From NCBI RefSeq assembly GCF_006345805.1, contig NW_021825194.1:347525-411524 (forward strand): 64,000 nucleotides of DNA, read 5' to 3'. A model generated the notes under the pieces. That model saw nothing but the letters and a program-made list of their open reading frames with translations. It searched no databases and was not told the origin of the DNA. The DNA is from Octopus sinensis (Eukaryota). Within the stretch, counting starts at the first letter, position 1. Every line of letters starts with the position of its first letter. Position numbers and translations under genes: made by a program. Positions 39,820 to 53,542 of this stretch are shown piece after piece.

Positions 39820-40699
39820 AAGAGACATACAGACAGCGAGTCTGACTTCATCATGATTTTAAATGCTTGTTTGTTTATCCATTTTAATTTCTCTCGGCAG
39901 TCTTTTTGTTCAATTCAAATAAATCCTACTTAGTAGAAATAGGAATAAAAAATAAAACAAAGCTAATTCTAAATGCATTCCATATGTCATGCGGCATATG
40001 AATACATTAAAATAAGATGAAGAAACTCGGAACGACTTTAGCAGTGTTCAACAGATGCATGAATTCAAATGTATTTCCAGCACAGCTGTTATTCCAGGAT
40101 TATTTTTGGTTACAGTTTTATTTTGGTTAGCGATATTACCAAACAAATCAGAGCTGCAACATTTCTCCCATTCATATTTTGTGCTGCAATTGATGAAGAA
40201 CAATACCTAATGCTAGCAATGTCGTTGTGGTAGAGCACTGCACTAGAAGGACTACGTAGTTCTGAGTCCTAGTTCTACCAAAATGAACGTCGGTTGTTAT
40301 CATTCTTTAACCGGTTACAAAAATATAACACGAAACATTGTAATTTATTTAAAGCATTGAGTTGGTAAGCTAATCAAAAATATTAACTATCTTAAAAGTG
40401 CCCCATAGTCCAGGCCTCTGTACTGTTGTTAATTGACTTTTGATTCATCCTGGCTGACAAACCTTTGACCAAAAGCGTTCCAGCCATGATTGTCATATCC
40501 ATACTTCAAGCATTATGTATATATTAGATTCGTTATTCTGTGTCTCGAGCTCTTTTCGAAGCATCCGAAGTGTAATTAGTAAGATATTTAGCTGCTCTTT
40601 CTAGCATGACGATTGAGCACCTACAGCCTCTCACATAAGATCGTCCTCCATTCTGCTTTACTATACATACATACATACATACATACATACATACATACA

Positions 40700-40733
<34 letters not shown>

Positions 40734-40734
40734 C

Positions 40735-40765
<31 letters not shown>

Positions 40766-40807
40766 CATACATACATACATACATACATACATACATACAT
40801 ACATACA

Positions 40808-41349
40808 TGGTGGCTGCCCCCTCGTTATCGAGTATGGCCATTGCACGAAGCTTAATCAATGTTGTTATCGTGCAATGCCTGTGCAAGAAGATTTTTTTTT
40901 AAGTGAGGAAAGGCTGTGCACTGAGTCAATCCCACTCACTAAACAACAACAGCCATAATCCGAAAAGAAGAACAAGTTAACATCATCGGTAACCACTGAG
41001 CCGCAGGTTTTATGTCGGAGTTATCCCAGTTACCTGAGTTACCTTCTCCTAGAAGTATGCCCTAACAAAGGCTAGGAGTCCTTCATACCAAACAATGGTT
41101 TAACCGCGCGATCGGGTATTCAGTCCGATTATTTCTATGTCCCCGCACATGATACAGCCTTAAGACATTTATTGGATGGCCGTTGACTCTCAAGAGTTCC
41201 TCCGCCCTTTGACGGGTTTTGTTTTTCATCCCGCAGGGTGTCCAATAAACACCCTCCTCACCAAGCAAGCTTGGTGGGGTTGCCGGTTTAGTCGCCGACG
41301 ACGACCCGACCATGCAACAGGTTGTACTGGGTTACCAGACCTGACACTA
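40808..41349 (-). mobile_element. Short RTE-derived element (5'UTR-like part joined to a tail) flanked by (TACA)n
   Basis: Minus strand contains ctaggagaaggtaactc...taaaacc, resembling the conserved RTE 5'UTR motif; no ORF. Confidence 0.45.
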
Positions 41350-42258
41350 ACATACATACATACATACATACATACATACATACATACATACATACATACA
41401 TACATACATACATACATACATACATACATTATAATTAATCAAGTCCCCGCTCAAGCTCTTGAATCATTCTGATCTAAAAACCAAAATCTAAAGAGGAGTT
41501 TTATTATGAATACATTGTGGCTAAATACAGATAGGACAGAATACTGTACAACGACAGGAAAACATATGCAATTGACCCGGAAAGTTTCTAAACAAAATGC
41601 ATAATGGGGAGACACCTGAAAAAGACTTCATTGGTGCAAGTTGCTGATATTTTATAGAAAATTATTAAATGCATATTCAAGAGGACTATGGAGGGTCAGA
41701 TTGTAGCCAAGAATTATACCACGGAATTAACTGGAACCTATAGGCTCGTTGTTTGCCTAAACATTATGTATAAACTATGTATAAGTTGCCTCAGGCAATT
41801 CTTCCATGATCCTTGTGAATCTAACACCATAAAGACTTAGGAAAAGGCCGATGAAAAGGAAGGAGTTTGGGGATGTACCAAACAACTTTTGACAGTCAAT
41901 GCTGTACTGTCTAAAGAAAGAAAATACCATAGAAGCCCTTGCAACAGTATGACCTCATTATCGGAAAGCATTCGACTCTATTCCCCACGCTTGGCTGCTA
42001 AAATGTCTGCATTTGGTAAGAATGCCTTATATCTTTGCTGTTGCCATTGAGAAGCTCATAAAAACCTGGGCAACAATTCTCACACAACTGAGAGCAGAAC
42101 TATCGTCTCCAATGTTATGATTATTTCTATGAGAATATTCGGAGATAGTCTTTCTGTAATTCTGTTCATTTGGACATTAAGTCCAGTATCATTCCTGATA
42201 TAAAAAACCAAATGGCTACATGTTAGGTTCTGAAACTGCTAGAGACATTAATATAACC

Positions 42259-42793
42259 CATTATTTCTTCGTAGATGGTCTGAAGATTTATGCTAAAACG
42301 TTAACAATGCCAAAAAAAGCAGCTGGAGTTGATAACACTTTCAGCTGACATAGGAATGAGCAAAAGAAATATGAGCAAAAGAAATGTTCATATTTAATCG
42401 TTGAACGGGGAACATCAGTCTCCTAGACCCAAAGCATGTGCATCATTATTTCTTCGTAGATGGTCTGAAGATTTATGCTAAAACGTTAACAATGCCAAAA
42501 AAAGCAGCTGGAGTTGATAACACTTTCAGCTGACATAGGAATGAGCAAAAGAAATATGAGCAAAAGAAATGTTCATATTTAATCGTTGAACGGGGAACAT
42601 CAGTCTCCTAGACCCAAAGCATGTGCATCACACAAAGCATGCTGTAAATACCTCGGCATTGATGAAAACATACCATACGAAGGTTCTGAATAAAGATAGT
42701 ATGTTCCAAAGCATGTTCCACACAAAGCATGCTGTAAATACCTCGGCATTGATGAAAACATACCATACGAAGGTTCTGAATAAAGATAGTATG
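42259..42793. repeat. Two exact tandem duplications (185 bp at 42259/42444; 75 bp at 42629/42719)
   Basis: Direct reading. Confidence 0.9.
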
Positions 42794-43323
42794 ATCTGAA
42801 AATATTATACCAGACTCAGAAAAATATGGCAGTCGGAAATCTCGTATAACAGGACAGTATCTTACAATGAATTTACAGTACTAATGCTGACTCCAACATT
42901 TGGGATACTTAATTGGTCTGAAGAGAAAATCGACTACATAGAATTAAAACCCGCAAGATCCTGACATCAAAAAGAAACATTCACAGAAATAGCGATATCG
43001 ACAGGATCTACTAAAGAAAAGATGAAGGAGGTAGAGTCTTGCGTTCAATGCAGACAGCCTTTGAATATTGTATAGTCTTTCTGAGACAGCACCTACAAAA
43101 CAACAGCAGCAAAAACAAATACATAAACTTAGTACTGGAAAGTGAAAAATGTTGGCAATGAGCTCTTCAGAAAGCATTATCTTCCTGATGACCTCCCATA
43201 CAACCCGGAAACAGCCTCGATGTAAAACGCTTATCAAACAAAAACAAAAAAGACTATGCATGAGTGTTTCCCGAAGACTTGAAGAAGACAGTAATATCCT
43301 TCCTACTATAAGCGCAAAACCTG

Positions 43324-43492
43324 AAATTTGGGGAGACGGGGTTAATCGATTACTTCGACCCTTGTGCTCAACTGGTACTTATTTCATCGACCACGAAATG
43401 ATGAAAGGCAAGGTCAACTTAGAATGTAACGACGGAGGAAATGTCGCTAAGCATTTTGTCCGGTGTGCTAACGATCCTGCCAGCTCACTGCC
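43324..43492 (-). mobile_element. Degenerate SINE family B inserted in the R4 remnant
   Basis: Reverse complement of ggcagtgagctggcaggatcgttagcacaccggacaaaatgcttagcg... Confidence 0.75.
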
Positions 43493-44539
43493 TTGAAAAA
43501 AACAGTAATAACAACATGAAGTGCAATCTCTCTTCGATTACATTACATCAACTTCGAAGGCCATGTTTAGGAACAGCAGATTTCTACGAAATATCTAATA
43601 AACAAAAGAAATAGTGAAGCTCTTGGAACCCCAAGATGCAAGCGAAAATATTGATTATGTCATATTTCTGTAGAAGACATCATATATGTAATTCGCAGCT
43701 GCTCAAATATGGCATCAAGGTATTACCTTCCTACGGATACGACGTTATCCCCAAAACAATATACAATGCCATTAATGAAAGTAAAAGACTATCCTGAAAT
43801 AAAGATAAAAATTCTCCGTTTTTGAATACATGTATAAACATCAACACAAGGAATACTGGTGGAACATTTCCATCAAAACATCTGTCAAGTGTAAATATAA
43901 CAGACCGGATAATGTTGTTTGGATGGGCAAGACAAATTATGCACCGGCATAGAGGTCAACTATCCTGTGGATATGAGTGTCTCTCTGAGAATCAAAGAGA
44001 AAGAAGATAACTATGGACAACTCCGAAACCTCCAGCTTCTATCTGGATTATAAATTCACATTTATACCATTAATAATTGGTGCACTTGGCATTGTGAGTA
44101 AATGCCTCGGTGACAATCTGAATAAGCTAGAAAAAGAAATCAAACAAATAACTCACACATTACAAATACTATCTGTAAGTGGATCATAAAAATATTCTCA
44201 AGTTTAAAATGTGACTTTGTTTTGGTTATCTATATTCCAATGATGGAGCTTTATATCTTTGTTAGAAACTAACCCCTTCCTCAGAGGAAGAATTCAAATA
44301 ATTAAAAAAGAAGACAATATACGTACATACATACTACATACATACATGCATAGATACATACGTACATAATTACATACATATGTATGTAATATAATACATA
44401 CATATAATATCCGAAGCCGGACGCATTCAGCTACCTAATGTTTGTATAAGCATACAATACGTTCCGTTGATCTGAGATTATTACTACTGGTGCAGTATCT
44501 TATCTTACTCAATTACTTTTACATGTTTACTACCTTCAA

Positions 44540-44990
44540 AATATTCTCCATTTGAAGCAATGCATCGGTCCAGACGCGTTTTCCACCGTTCGAAGCAGTC
44601 CTGGAACTCTTTTAACGCCTCGGTCGCTTTGTTTTTCACTTCTTCCACATCTACAAAACATTATATTTTAAGGACTTTTTTCATTCGGGGAACCAAACAA
44701 AAGACGGGTGAATAGGGAGGGTTGGTAAGCGGGGTCATGCCATCTTTGGTCAAAAACTGTCTCACAGTCAAGGTGGTGTGCGCAGGCGCATTGTCGTGAT
44801 GAAACCACCACTCTCCACTTTGTCACAGGTAAGAGCGTTTTTATCTCACCGTGTCTCGCAAATGCTTCAGAACTGCCAAGTAAAATGTCTGGTTGACCAG
44901 GAGGAACAAATTCTGTGTGGACAATTCCTTTCGCATCGATGAAACAAATCAGTATCGTCTTGACATTGAAATTCACTTGACGCATTGGGG
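44540..44990 (-). mobile_element. Mariner transposase remnant
   Basis: KTILICFIDAKGIVHTEFVPPGQ, then FHHDNAPAHTTLTVRQFLTKDGMTPLTNPPYS (frameshifted). Confidence 0.85.
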
Positions 44991-45324
44991 TTAAACTCTT
45001 TCCTGCAGGTACATGATAACACCACAATGCCAAATTTTATCCATTTTCAAAAGAAGTCGCTACTAGTTACTTTTGAAGTTCACTTTGAATAGTGAAATGT
45101 CAGTTTATCAGGAAAGAAACAATTAAGTTATTAATATGTAGAGTTGAATTAGTGCATGCAAGATTTCACAGCAGTAGCATCACTCCTTCTTTTCAGCCCG
45201 CCCGCATATGTGATTGTAATTGGTATAAATTTTGGTGGAGCCTGGTGTGTTGAGGTACTATTTGTAATTTTGGAAAGAGATAGAAGATAGTTTATACTTA
45301 TAAGTCTTACTTAACCACTTCTAT

Positions 45325-45835
45325 CTGAGTTCAGATTCCGCCGAGGTCGACTTTGCCTTTCATCCTTTCGGTGTCGATAAATTAAGTACTAGTTGCATAA
45401 TCGACTGGCCCCCTCCCCCAAAATTTCGGTCACTACGCCTAGAATATACTAAAAGGGCGGCGAGCTGGCAGAAACGTTAGCACGCCGGGCGAAATGCTTC
45501 GCGGTATTTTGTCTGCTGTTACGTTCTGAGTTCAAATTCCGCCGAGGTCGACTTTGCCTTTCATCCTTTCAGGGTCGATAAATTAAATACCAGTTACGCA
45601 CTGGGGTCGATGTAATCGACTTACTACCTTTGTCTGTCCTTGTTTGTCCCCACTATGTTTAGCCCAGACGTATTTCGTCTGTCTTTATGCTCTGTTCAAA
45701 TTCCGCCGAGGTCGACTTTGCCTTTTATCCTTACGGGGTCGATAAATTAAGTATCAGTTGCGTACTGGGATCGATCTAATCGACTGGCCCCCTCCTAAAA
45801 AATTTCGGGCTTTATGCCTAGAGTAGAAAAGAATG
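45325..45835 (+). mobile_element. Cluster of SINE family B copies and bodies
   Basis: Head at 45456; ttccgccgaggtcgactttgcc body repeated at ~45337, ~45537 and ~45701. Confidence 0.9.
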
Positions 45836-46695
45836 ATTTATACTCATTCTCTTTCTGAAATCAATAATATTAATTTCAGGTATTTAATATATGAACACTA
45901 ATTACTTGTTAAACTTTCATGCTATAGCTTTATATGCTGTCGTCAGTAACTTAGTAGACATCAGTACGCTAACCCCAGCATCTTTATTTTGCGAGAAATC
46001 TTCCCTCTGAATATATTTTAAAGCAAATATCTAGCTCCTAATGGTTATTAGTATGGCCTGTTATCTCTTACATACTGAATATAAAAAGAGAGAGCAGAAG
46101 CAGCAAAGCATCCGATCTTCTGATAACATCAGAATACCCAAAATGTACTGTTTCCATTCCGTTCAGAGCTTCATCAGTGATTCATCGTTTCCCTACGGTC
46201 TATTTCCAGATATGTAGCACATAAAAGAAGTTTAATGTCCTAGAAAATAAAACAGCGCTAGTTACGAAATCATGACTTATCTCCAGAGATGTTAATTTAT
46301 CATATACTCAGTAATTGCGTGCCGCTGGTTGTCTCAAACATTTTCTGCCAAAATCTTTCCCGTGTTTTAAAAGGAAAACATTTTGATACTAACTCAGCAA
46401 ATGTAATACACCTTTAAAAAATCTTATTGTTTTCATAAATAGAAATTCGATTCTCTTTATTTCAACGAACGGACCAGAGACACAAATTATTGATGGTTGA
46501 AACTACTAGTTTCAGCATCTTTGAGTAGATCAAAGTGCGATCCACATTCTCGTTTTCTCCTCATACATATACAATCACTCTCTAATCTGTCATTCTGTCG
46601 TTCTCTTTCTCTCCCTACCGTGTACACACTGTTCTCTACACATTCAAATATATAAGCATAAACGCACACACACATACACACAAATTTATGTATGC

Positions 46696-46735
<40 letters not shown>

Positions 46736-47434
46736 ATACATATGTATATATGCATGTATATGTATAAACACAAGTGTGCGTATTAATGTCTACACATATA
46801 CATATATACATACATACATACATACATACATACATACATACATACATACATACATACATTACATACATACATATACTCACTCTCTTTGTCACTATGATAA
46901 ACTTTTCATAGAGTGTGTAATAAATTTAACAGTCGACTAGTTCTGTATCTGTTCAATAGATTTCAAACTTGAGTTATATGAATATCTTTGTAACTAGGAT
47001 TGAACCAAGTTTCTTATCTTCTGTATTAAGTTTGGCGTGAATACTTATCAGTGTACTTTGAAAGTAACTCTACGACTATTCCATTTTTGCAAAATTTTAC
47101 ATATAAAAAAATGTCTGTGTGTGTGCTTAATGCATGTATGTACGTACGTATGTATGTATGTATGTATGTATGTATGTATGTATGTATGTATGTATGTATG
47201 TATGTATGTACGTGTGTGCATATATATATATATATATATATCTTATGCCGCAAGCCAAAATAAGGAGATATAAAATTTCCATGTTCCTATGCTAAGCAAT
47301 GAATAAATTAATGATATTTCTCTTATTTCTTCTATGACAGACAGTTTTTGCTTTCATTCCTTTATACTTTTTTTTTGTATAGTTTGATTTTGTTTATTCA
47401 AGCGTTATTTTCATCGTTGCAGCTTAGATTTTCG

Positions 47435-47490
<56 letters not shown>

Positions 47491-48729
47491 ATATATATAT
47501 ATTCCTGTATTCCTTTACGCTGTTTTGTGATTTTTTTGTACTATTAGTTTTGGTATTCGTAAAAAGATATCAACGAAACGCCAAGCATCTATCATTTTAC
47601 ACTGTTATAGTTGGCTTCGTTTCCATTGTCGCCAATGTATTATTTTTATAGTCATTTGGGAATTGAATAAAAAAGAAGACAGAGGAGGGATGGATAGACG
47701 AAATAACAGGAGAGTGAAATCTGCAGCATTCATCCTGAGCTGCTAAAGCCTCGTCATGTTTTCAGTGATATTGAACAATGACAGAATGTCCAATTTTGAG
47801 AATCATATCTCCCGTTGTAATTCCCATCATTAAACCAACTAGGTAATGTGCATTCTAAAGAGTGAACATCAGTGTTCCAAACACAAATGATGTGTTTATT
47901 AATTAGATGTAATGCCAATTAAGTAATTAATGTCATGACTAAAATATAAATGTTAGAAAAGAGAAGGGGGAACAGAACGAGTAAAACCAAAAGAAGGGAG
48001 ATAACATAGTAAACAGAAAATATATTATTGAGACAAGCATAGGAGAGTTTTGTATTTAAATCGTATAAAATAAAAGAAAGAAGCAAATGTCAATGAGAAG
48101 GGAATTATAACTGAACCTAATAACTATCAAACGCGTTTTAGTCTATATGATCGCCTGAATATTATTGTGTTCATGCATAAGACAGTCACTATTATTTCAT
48201 CTATGTCAGGGGAAAATTTATGCATTTTATATTTATTGGAACCATGACAACATAATATCAGCGTCATGTAATGTTTAATGGTTCATTGTTCTTCTTTTGT
48301 GAGTGTGTTTGTGTGTGTGTGTGTGTGTATGTGTGTGTGTGTTTAATGATTTACATTGGATTTCTTCGATACCACATTTCATTGTGCTATATCATATGCA
48401 TTCTCTTTTCACTAGTGTATTTGTAATGAAAATGGTGCTATAGACACGAGGAGGTTCATTACTAACTTCACTATATGATGAACATCTTGCAATTGCAACA
48501 CGGATTTAAGCAAAAACTTGTTCGATTTCAATCTGCGCTTTATTTATCTGAATATTGACTAATGACCTCGAAAGGGACACAAGTGTCACTGAATCTCATT
48601 TCTCAATAAATATATTATTTATATGAATACTGGAAAAATTTCCTTTTTCACGGAGTTGAAATGAGTGGATGTAATAATGATATGGTTATGTAATGTTTTT
48701 AGTCTTGGTTCTTTTTTTTTCTTGATATA

Positions 48730-48998
<269 letters not shown>

Positions 48999-49046
48999 GT
49001 ATATATATATATATGAATGTATATATATATATATAATATATATATA

Positions 49047-49076
<30 letters not shown>

Positions 49077-49078
<2 letters not shown>

Positions 49079-50697
49079 GAATAAAAAATGGAGTTAACGC
49101 AGGTGTAAACAAATATTTTTACTTTCGACACATGTTTCGAAAATTCCACTGATACTATTCAAAAGAATAAATGGTATAAACAATGCAATCTTCTCTTCGG
49201 GAAAGTGAAAAAAACGAAACTTGTCAATACGACATTTTAGCAAAAAATGATGGATTTGTATAGCGATAGACAGAACGCTATTAATATTGTTTAAAAAAAC
49301 GTTATATGATATAACGTCATAAGTAGCTAACAGAAAGAGTAGGAATATTAATAGTGAATGTTAAATATAAAGGAAATTAAAGTTTAAATTATATATAATG
49401 ATAGAGACTACTTATATGCACTAAATGTATGTTTTTGCCAATGCTTACATCTGTATGCTCGCTCTATAACCGTGTTTACGAGAGTATTTTTAGAAAAAAT
49501 AATGAAAAATAGCTCAGAATTGCAGAGAAGACAGAATTTCTTGCCTTTGTCATATGGTATCGAAATTGAGAGAATCAACCATTCTAAATGAAATTGTTCA
49601 TTGTGGTCTTTTAAATCCCAAATCAGTTTGCTGAGACCGGTACTATTCCGTTTATTTCTAAGTCAATTCCATATATAGAATATATAGAATGTATATAGAA
49701 TGTTGAGTAATGGATAGAAATTCTTTTAGATAACTCTAACGATGTGCTTCCAATGTAAAATCGTACTGATTATACACTGGTATATAGAATTTTTAATCTT
49801 AGAGTTACTTGACATAAATTTAATTCTATTGGAATTGACTTCAGATACAATAACCTTGTTATTAATATTTCTAGAGGGTTGGATTGTATTAGCTAAATTA
49901 ATGTTAGTATTAGTAAATGTATTAATATTTAAGAGTTTGCTATTATGAGAAGATATAATTTGCAAGAGATTTTTTGTGTTTGAAAAACCTATCCTAACCT
50001 TATGTGAATTAATTATAGAGTAATATCTAGAATTGTTTGGAAAATTCCTAGCAATAGCTTGACGAAACAGCAGTGGGAGATTAGATTTAATTTGTCTCCC
50101 GTAAGGAATTATTAACCAAATATTTTTACTAGTATTCATAGCGTAATTACTTTTGAAGGTGTTATATTTACTTTTAGATCGATAATAGGGGATTAAATAA
50201 GGGTTATCTGCCTTCATTCGCTTTGTATCGGTGCGTAAGTTATGTTTGTTATCAATAATTCTTTTACGACTAGAAATCTTATCTACATTATTGAATTTAC
50301 AATTAGACTGAGCAGAATCAATGTAGAAAATTTTTTCTGTATAACCTGCTTTGATTAAGGCAGAGTTATAGAATTCAGCGTTATTATTGAAAATATCAAC
50401 ATTAGCAGATAATTTAGATAATCTAAATGAAATATTCTTAACTAAGTTCTTAGTAATTGCTCCAGGATGATTACTAAATTTGCTAATGTACTTAAGATTG
50501 GTCATAAACCGTTGACCAATCTTAAGTAAATTAGCAAATGTCGTATTGATGAGTTTCGTTTTTTTCTCTTTCCCGAAGAGAAGATTGCATTGTTTATATC
50601 ATTTATTCTTTTGAATAGTATCAGTGGAATTTTCGAAACATGTGTCGAAAGTAAAAATATTTGTTTACACCTGCGTTAACTCCATTTTTTATTCATA
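49077..50697 (-). mobile_element. Penelope-like 3' fragment bounded by ~160-bp inverted repeats
   Basis: ORF 49726-50505 KFSNHPGAITKNLVKNISFRLSKLSAN...NFPNNSRYYSIINSHKVRIGFS, then LSKLIWDLK...PYDKGKKFCLLCNSE. Arms 49077-49237 and 50536-50697 differ at only a few positions. Confidence 0.9.
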
Positions 50698-50859
50698 TTA
50701 TTCAAATATTCAACGTAAATACGAAGTTTCTACCTTTATAAACAAGGAGTTACAACACCTTTACTTGTGAGATTTTTGCTGCCCTGGTAACTATTTATTT
50801 ATTTTTCCGTGTTAATTGTTAACAAGGTAAAAATACACTCATCTATGCGCTTAATTCTG

Positions 50860-52900
50860 AGGAAACTGGTGACGATAGAGCATGAGAAATATTGTAAGTA
50901 GGAAGTGTTTAAACACGAAGAAAAGCGATGACGAAGACTTTACTACATTTGCGGGTACAGTGAACAGAGAATGCGAGAGATTTAAACTGGATAAAATAAC
51001 TCCAGACTCGTTCAAGTACCTGATTTTTGTTCAGGAACTTACTGCAAAAGGGATGCAGAAGTCTGAACGAAAGTTCTCGAAAGGCTGGAAATGAACAAGG
51101 ATATAACTCTCCAGAAACTGTCAGAAGATTGCGATATGATATTAAAAGTAAGGCACGACACAGAAGAAATCCAACGCAGAGACTGTTTACAGATAAAACC
51201 AGTGCGAAAAAGTCAAAAGACGGATAAATTGTTTCACAAAAAACATGATATATATCAAGAGATAAACCCAAGTATGGCATATGGAAGTAGGTACCTGAGA
51301 AAAGAGTGTCCGTTCAAAAAAGCGAAGTGTTTTCGTTGTGGAAACACGGGACACTGCAGAACTAAGATGACGAAAACTGGACAAACAAGAAAAAATAAAT
51401 AGTTTCTCATCAGAGAAAACAGTTTGTACAACGAACAGAAAATTCAAGGTGAGAATTGAAACCAATAGAGTCAAAAAGCAATCAGGCACGAGTAGTGACA
51501 TCACTATCATATATGAAGAAACACAAATTGAAAAATAGGAATTGGTAATTATATTTGGCATAAAATATCATAGTTCTGCAGGTTTATACATGGTAGACGG
51601 TTTAGACTACAAACAGACCACTGCCCATTGCTAATGATTTATGGATCCAAGAATGGGATCCCAGTACATACAACAGGTTGTAGTGATGAGACACCATACT
51701 ACTAAACTACAACTACGCAATGGAATATTTACCTTCGAAAAAGCTAGGATATGCTAACGGCCTATCCAAGTTAATACTCAGAAATGGCGAACTATTCGAG
51801 GACACAATAATAGCAGCCCTAAGATCCGAAGGGAAAATTAAACACATAATATGGAACATTGTACGAGAGTTACCAATAACTCTGAGGAGATAAAGCGACA
51901 CGCGTCAAAAGACAAGTTCACTAATGAAACAAAAAAACTCTGCAGTCAGCGAAAGAAAACAAAAAAAGGTTCGGTAAGAAAAAACAAGAGGTTGTTATAT
52001 TCAACATGCGACGGCGTGGTGGAAGGGTAATGATACCTGAGACACTACAAAAAGAATGTTGAAAGAATTCCATGTTGAACATCCAAAGATCGCAAGAATG
52101 AAAACGATTATGTGCAGTTATGTGTATTGGCCGAAGATGGACAAGGAAGTTGAAAATGTAGTAAAAGGATGCAGAGGATGTGCTCATGCAGCGAAATTAC
52201 CTTCTCAAAAATAGTAGTAAAAAGTCCATGGACAAGACTACACATCGATTTTGCGGGTCCGTTAAATGGTTATTACTACTTAGTAGTAATTGATAGTTTT
52301 ACAAAACGGTCGGAAATTATTAAGTGCAAAAGACCAATCTCCGCAACTGTAATAAATGTTTTGTTCGAATTATTCGCAAGATTTGGCATCCCGGACGTGA
52401 TTGATTCTGATAATGGAATGCAATTTGTGTCCTGTGAATTTAGAAAATTCTGTGAAATGTTCAACGGTAGAACATAAAACGATAACACCTTACCATCGCA
52501 GATCAAATAGACAGGCAGAAGGTTTTGTGGACATTTTGAAAAGAGCATTGATAAAAGCAAGCAAAGTTGCAGACGAAGTCGCTCTGCAGCAATTCTTGAG
52601 GGTATACAGGTTGAAAGAACCCCAATACACCAGAAGGAAGCTCTCCAGCTCAACTAATGTTCACGAGGAAGGTGAAATTAGTTTTTGATAAACTGTTATC
52701 TGACGAGGAAAGAAAAAATATCAGGAAAGACTATCCAAAATTATTCAAAATTAGTGATAAGGTGCACATGAGGTTGTATAAAAACAGAAAACAATACTGG
52801 GAAGAAGGAAAAATTACAAGGTACGGAATTAAAAGCAGTAAAGGTATTGAAAAAAAGACACAGAAAGTTATTGAAGAGATTAATAGAAAATGAACGAGAT
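50860..52900 (+). mobile_element. Ty3/Gypsy (K02A2.6-like) LTR retrotransposon internal remnant
   Basis: Gag-like FTTFAGTVNRECERFKL...FKYLIFVQEL; CCHC knuckle CPFKKAKCFRCGNTGHC; integrase PWTRLHIDFAGP...FARFGIPDVIDSDNGMQF; many frameshifts, RT deleted. Confidence 0.9.
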
Positions 52901-53019
52901 AGATTGGAAGAACCTATGGAATGGTTGTATGACACATTCTAGGTACCAACACTGTTACAGGTGGTTGAACCCACGCGTACAAGTGGAGGAAAAAGGAAGA
53001 ACAGAGTGTTCCTACAAAC

Positions 53020-53352
53020 AGACGCCAGAAAGAAAGGCATCTCATTTTAAAGAAATGGAGAAACTTTCAAAATATAAAGACCTGGAAATAGAGGTAACGC
53101 GAATATGAAATCTAAAAGCAGAATCAATTCCTATTATAGTGGACGCACAAATATATACAACATACAGAAAATTGCACTACTGGGCACTGCACACATCTTA
53201 CGCAAAACGCTTTCAATATAGTAACCATAAGAGCATCACAGCAAACCACAGCACATACCCAAGGTACACAGAGCTGCGCTCGGTAATGAAGTGAAAGCAC
53301 GTTATAAAAATAAAACTACTGAATAATAATAATGACAATAATAATAATAATA

Positions 53353-53430
<78 letters not shown>

Positions 53431-53445
53431 TAATAATAATAATAA
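53020..53445 (+). mobile_element. 5'-truncated R4/Dong-like LINE 3' end with (AAT)n tail
   Basis: KEMEKLSKYKDLEIEVTRI.NLK..SIPIIV...IQKIALLGTAHILRKTLSI*, then 3'UTR and (AAT)n. Confidence 0.85.
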
Positions 53446-53496
53446 CAAAATCAAAAAATACATTAAGAATGAGAACCCGGTTCAAAATTTCCTCAA

Positions 53497-53542
53497 GACA
53501 CCTGATGAAGGCTGGAGAGTATGTCAGCGGAAACGTCGTGTT
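53497..53542 (+). ncRNA. Minimal type I hammerhead motif (same family as 15563-15608), within a tail fragment at ~53450-53620
   Basis: GACAC-CTGATGA-A-GGCTG-(10 nt)-CAGCG-GAAAC-GTC-GTGTT. Confidence 0.7.

Larger units (their letters stand above)
41500..44215 (+). mobile_element. R4/Dong-like LINE remnant (RT to RLE), interrupted by a SINE
   Basis: Fragmentary motifs GCTKQLL, ITHYFFVDGLKIYA (RT YxDD region), YLGIDE, SDIDRIY...EGGR, IPLIIGALG. Confidence 0.75.

Noticed and set aside
47700-47870. Minus-strand acceptor followed by ECTLPSWFNDGNYNGRYDSQNWTFCHC as a coding exon
   Set aside because: No good donor before the stop and no recognisable domain
50540-50650. TTGATGAG...GAAACATGTGTC in the PLE inverted repeat as a hammerhead
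   Set aside because: Neither helix I nor the base of helix II pairs
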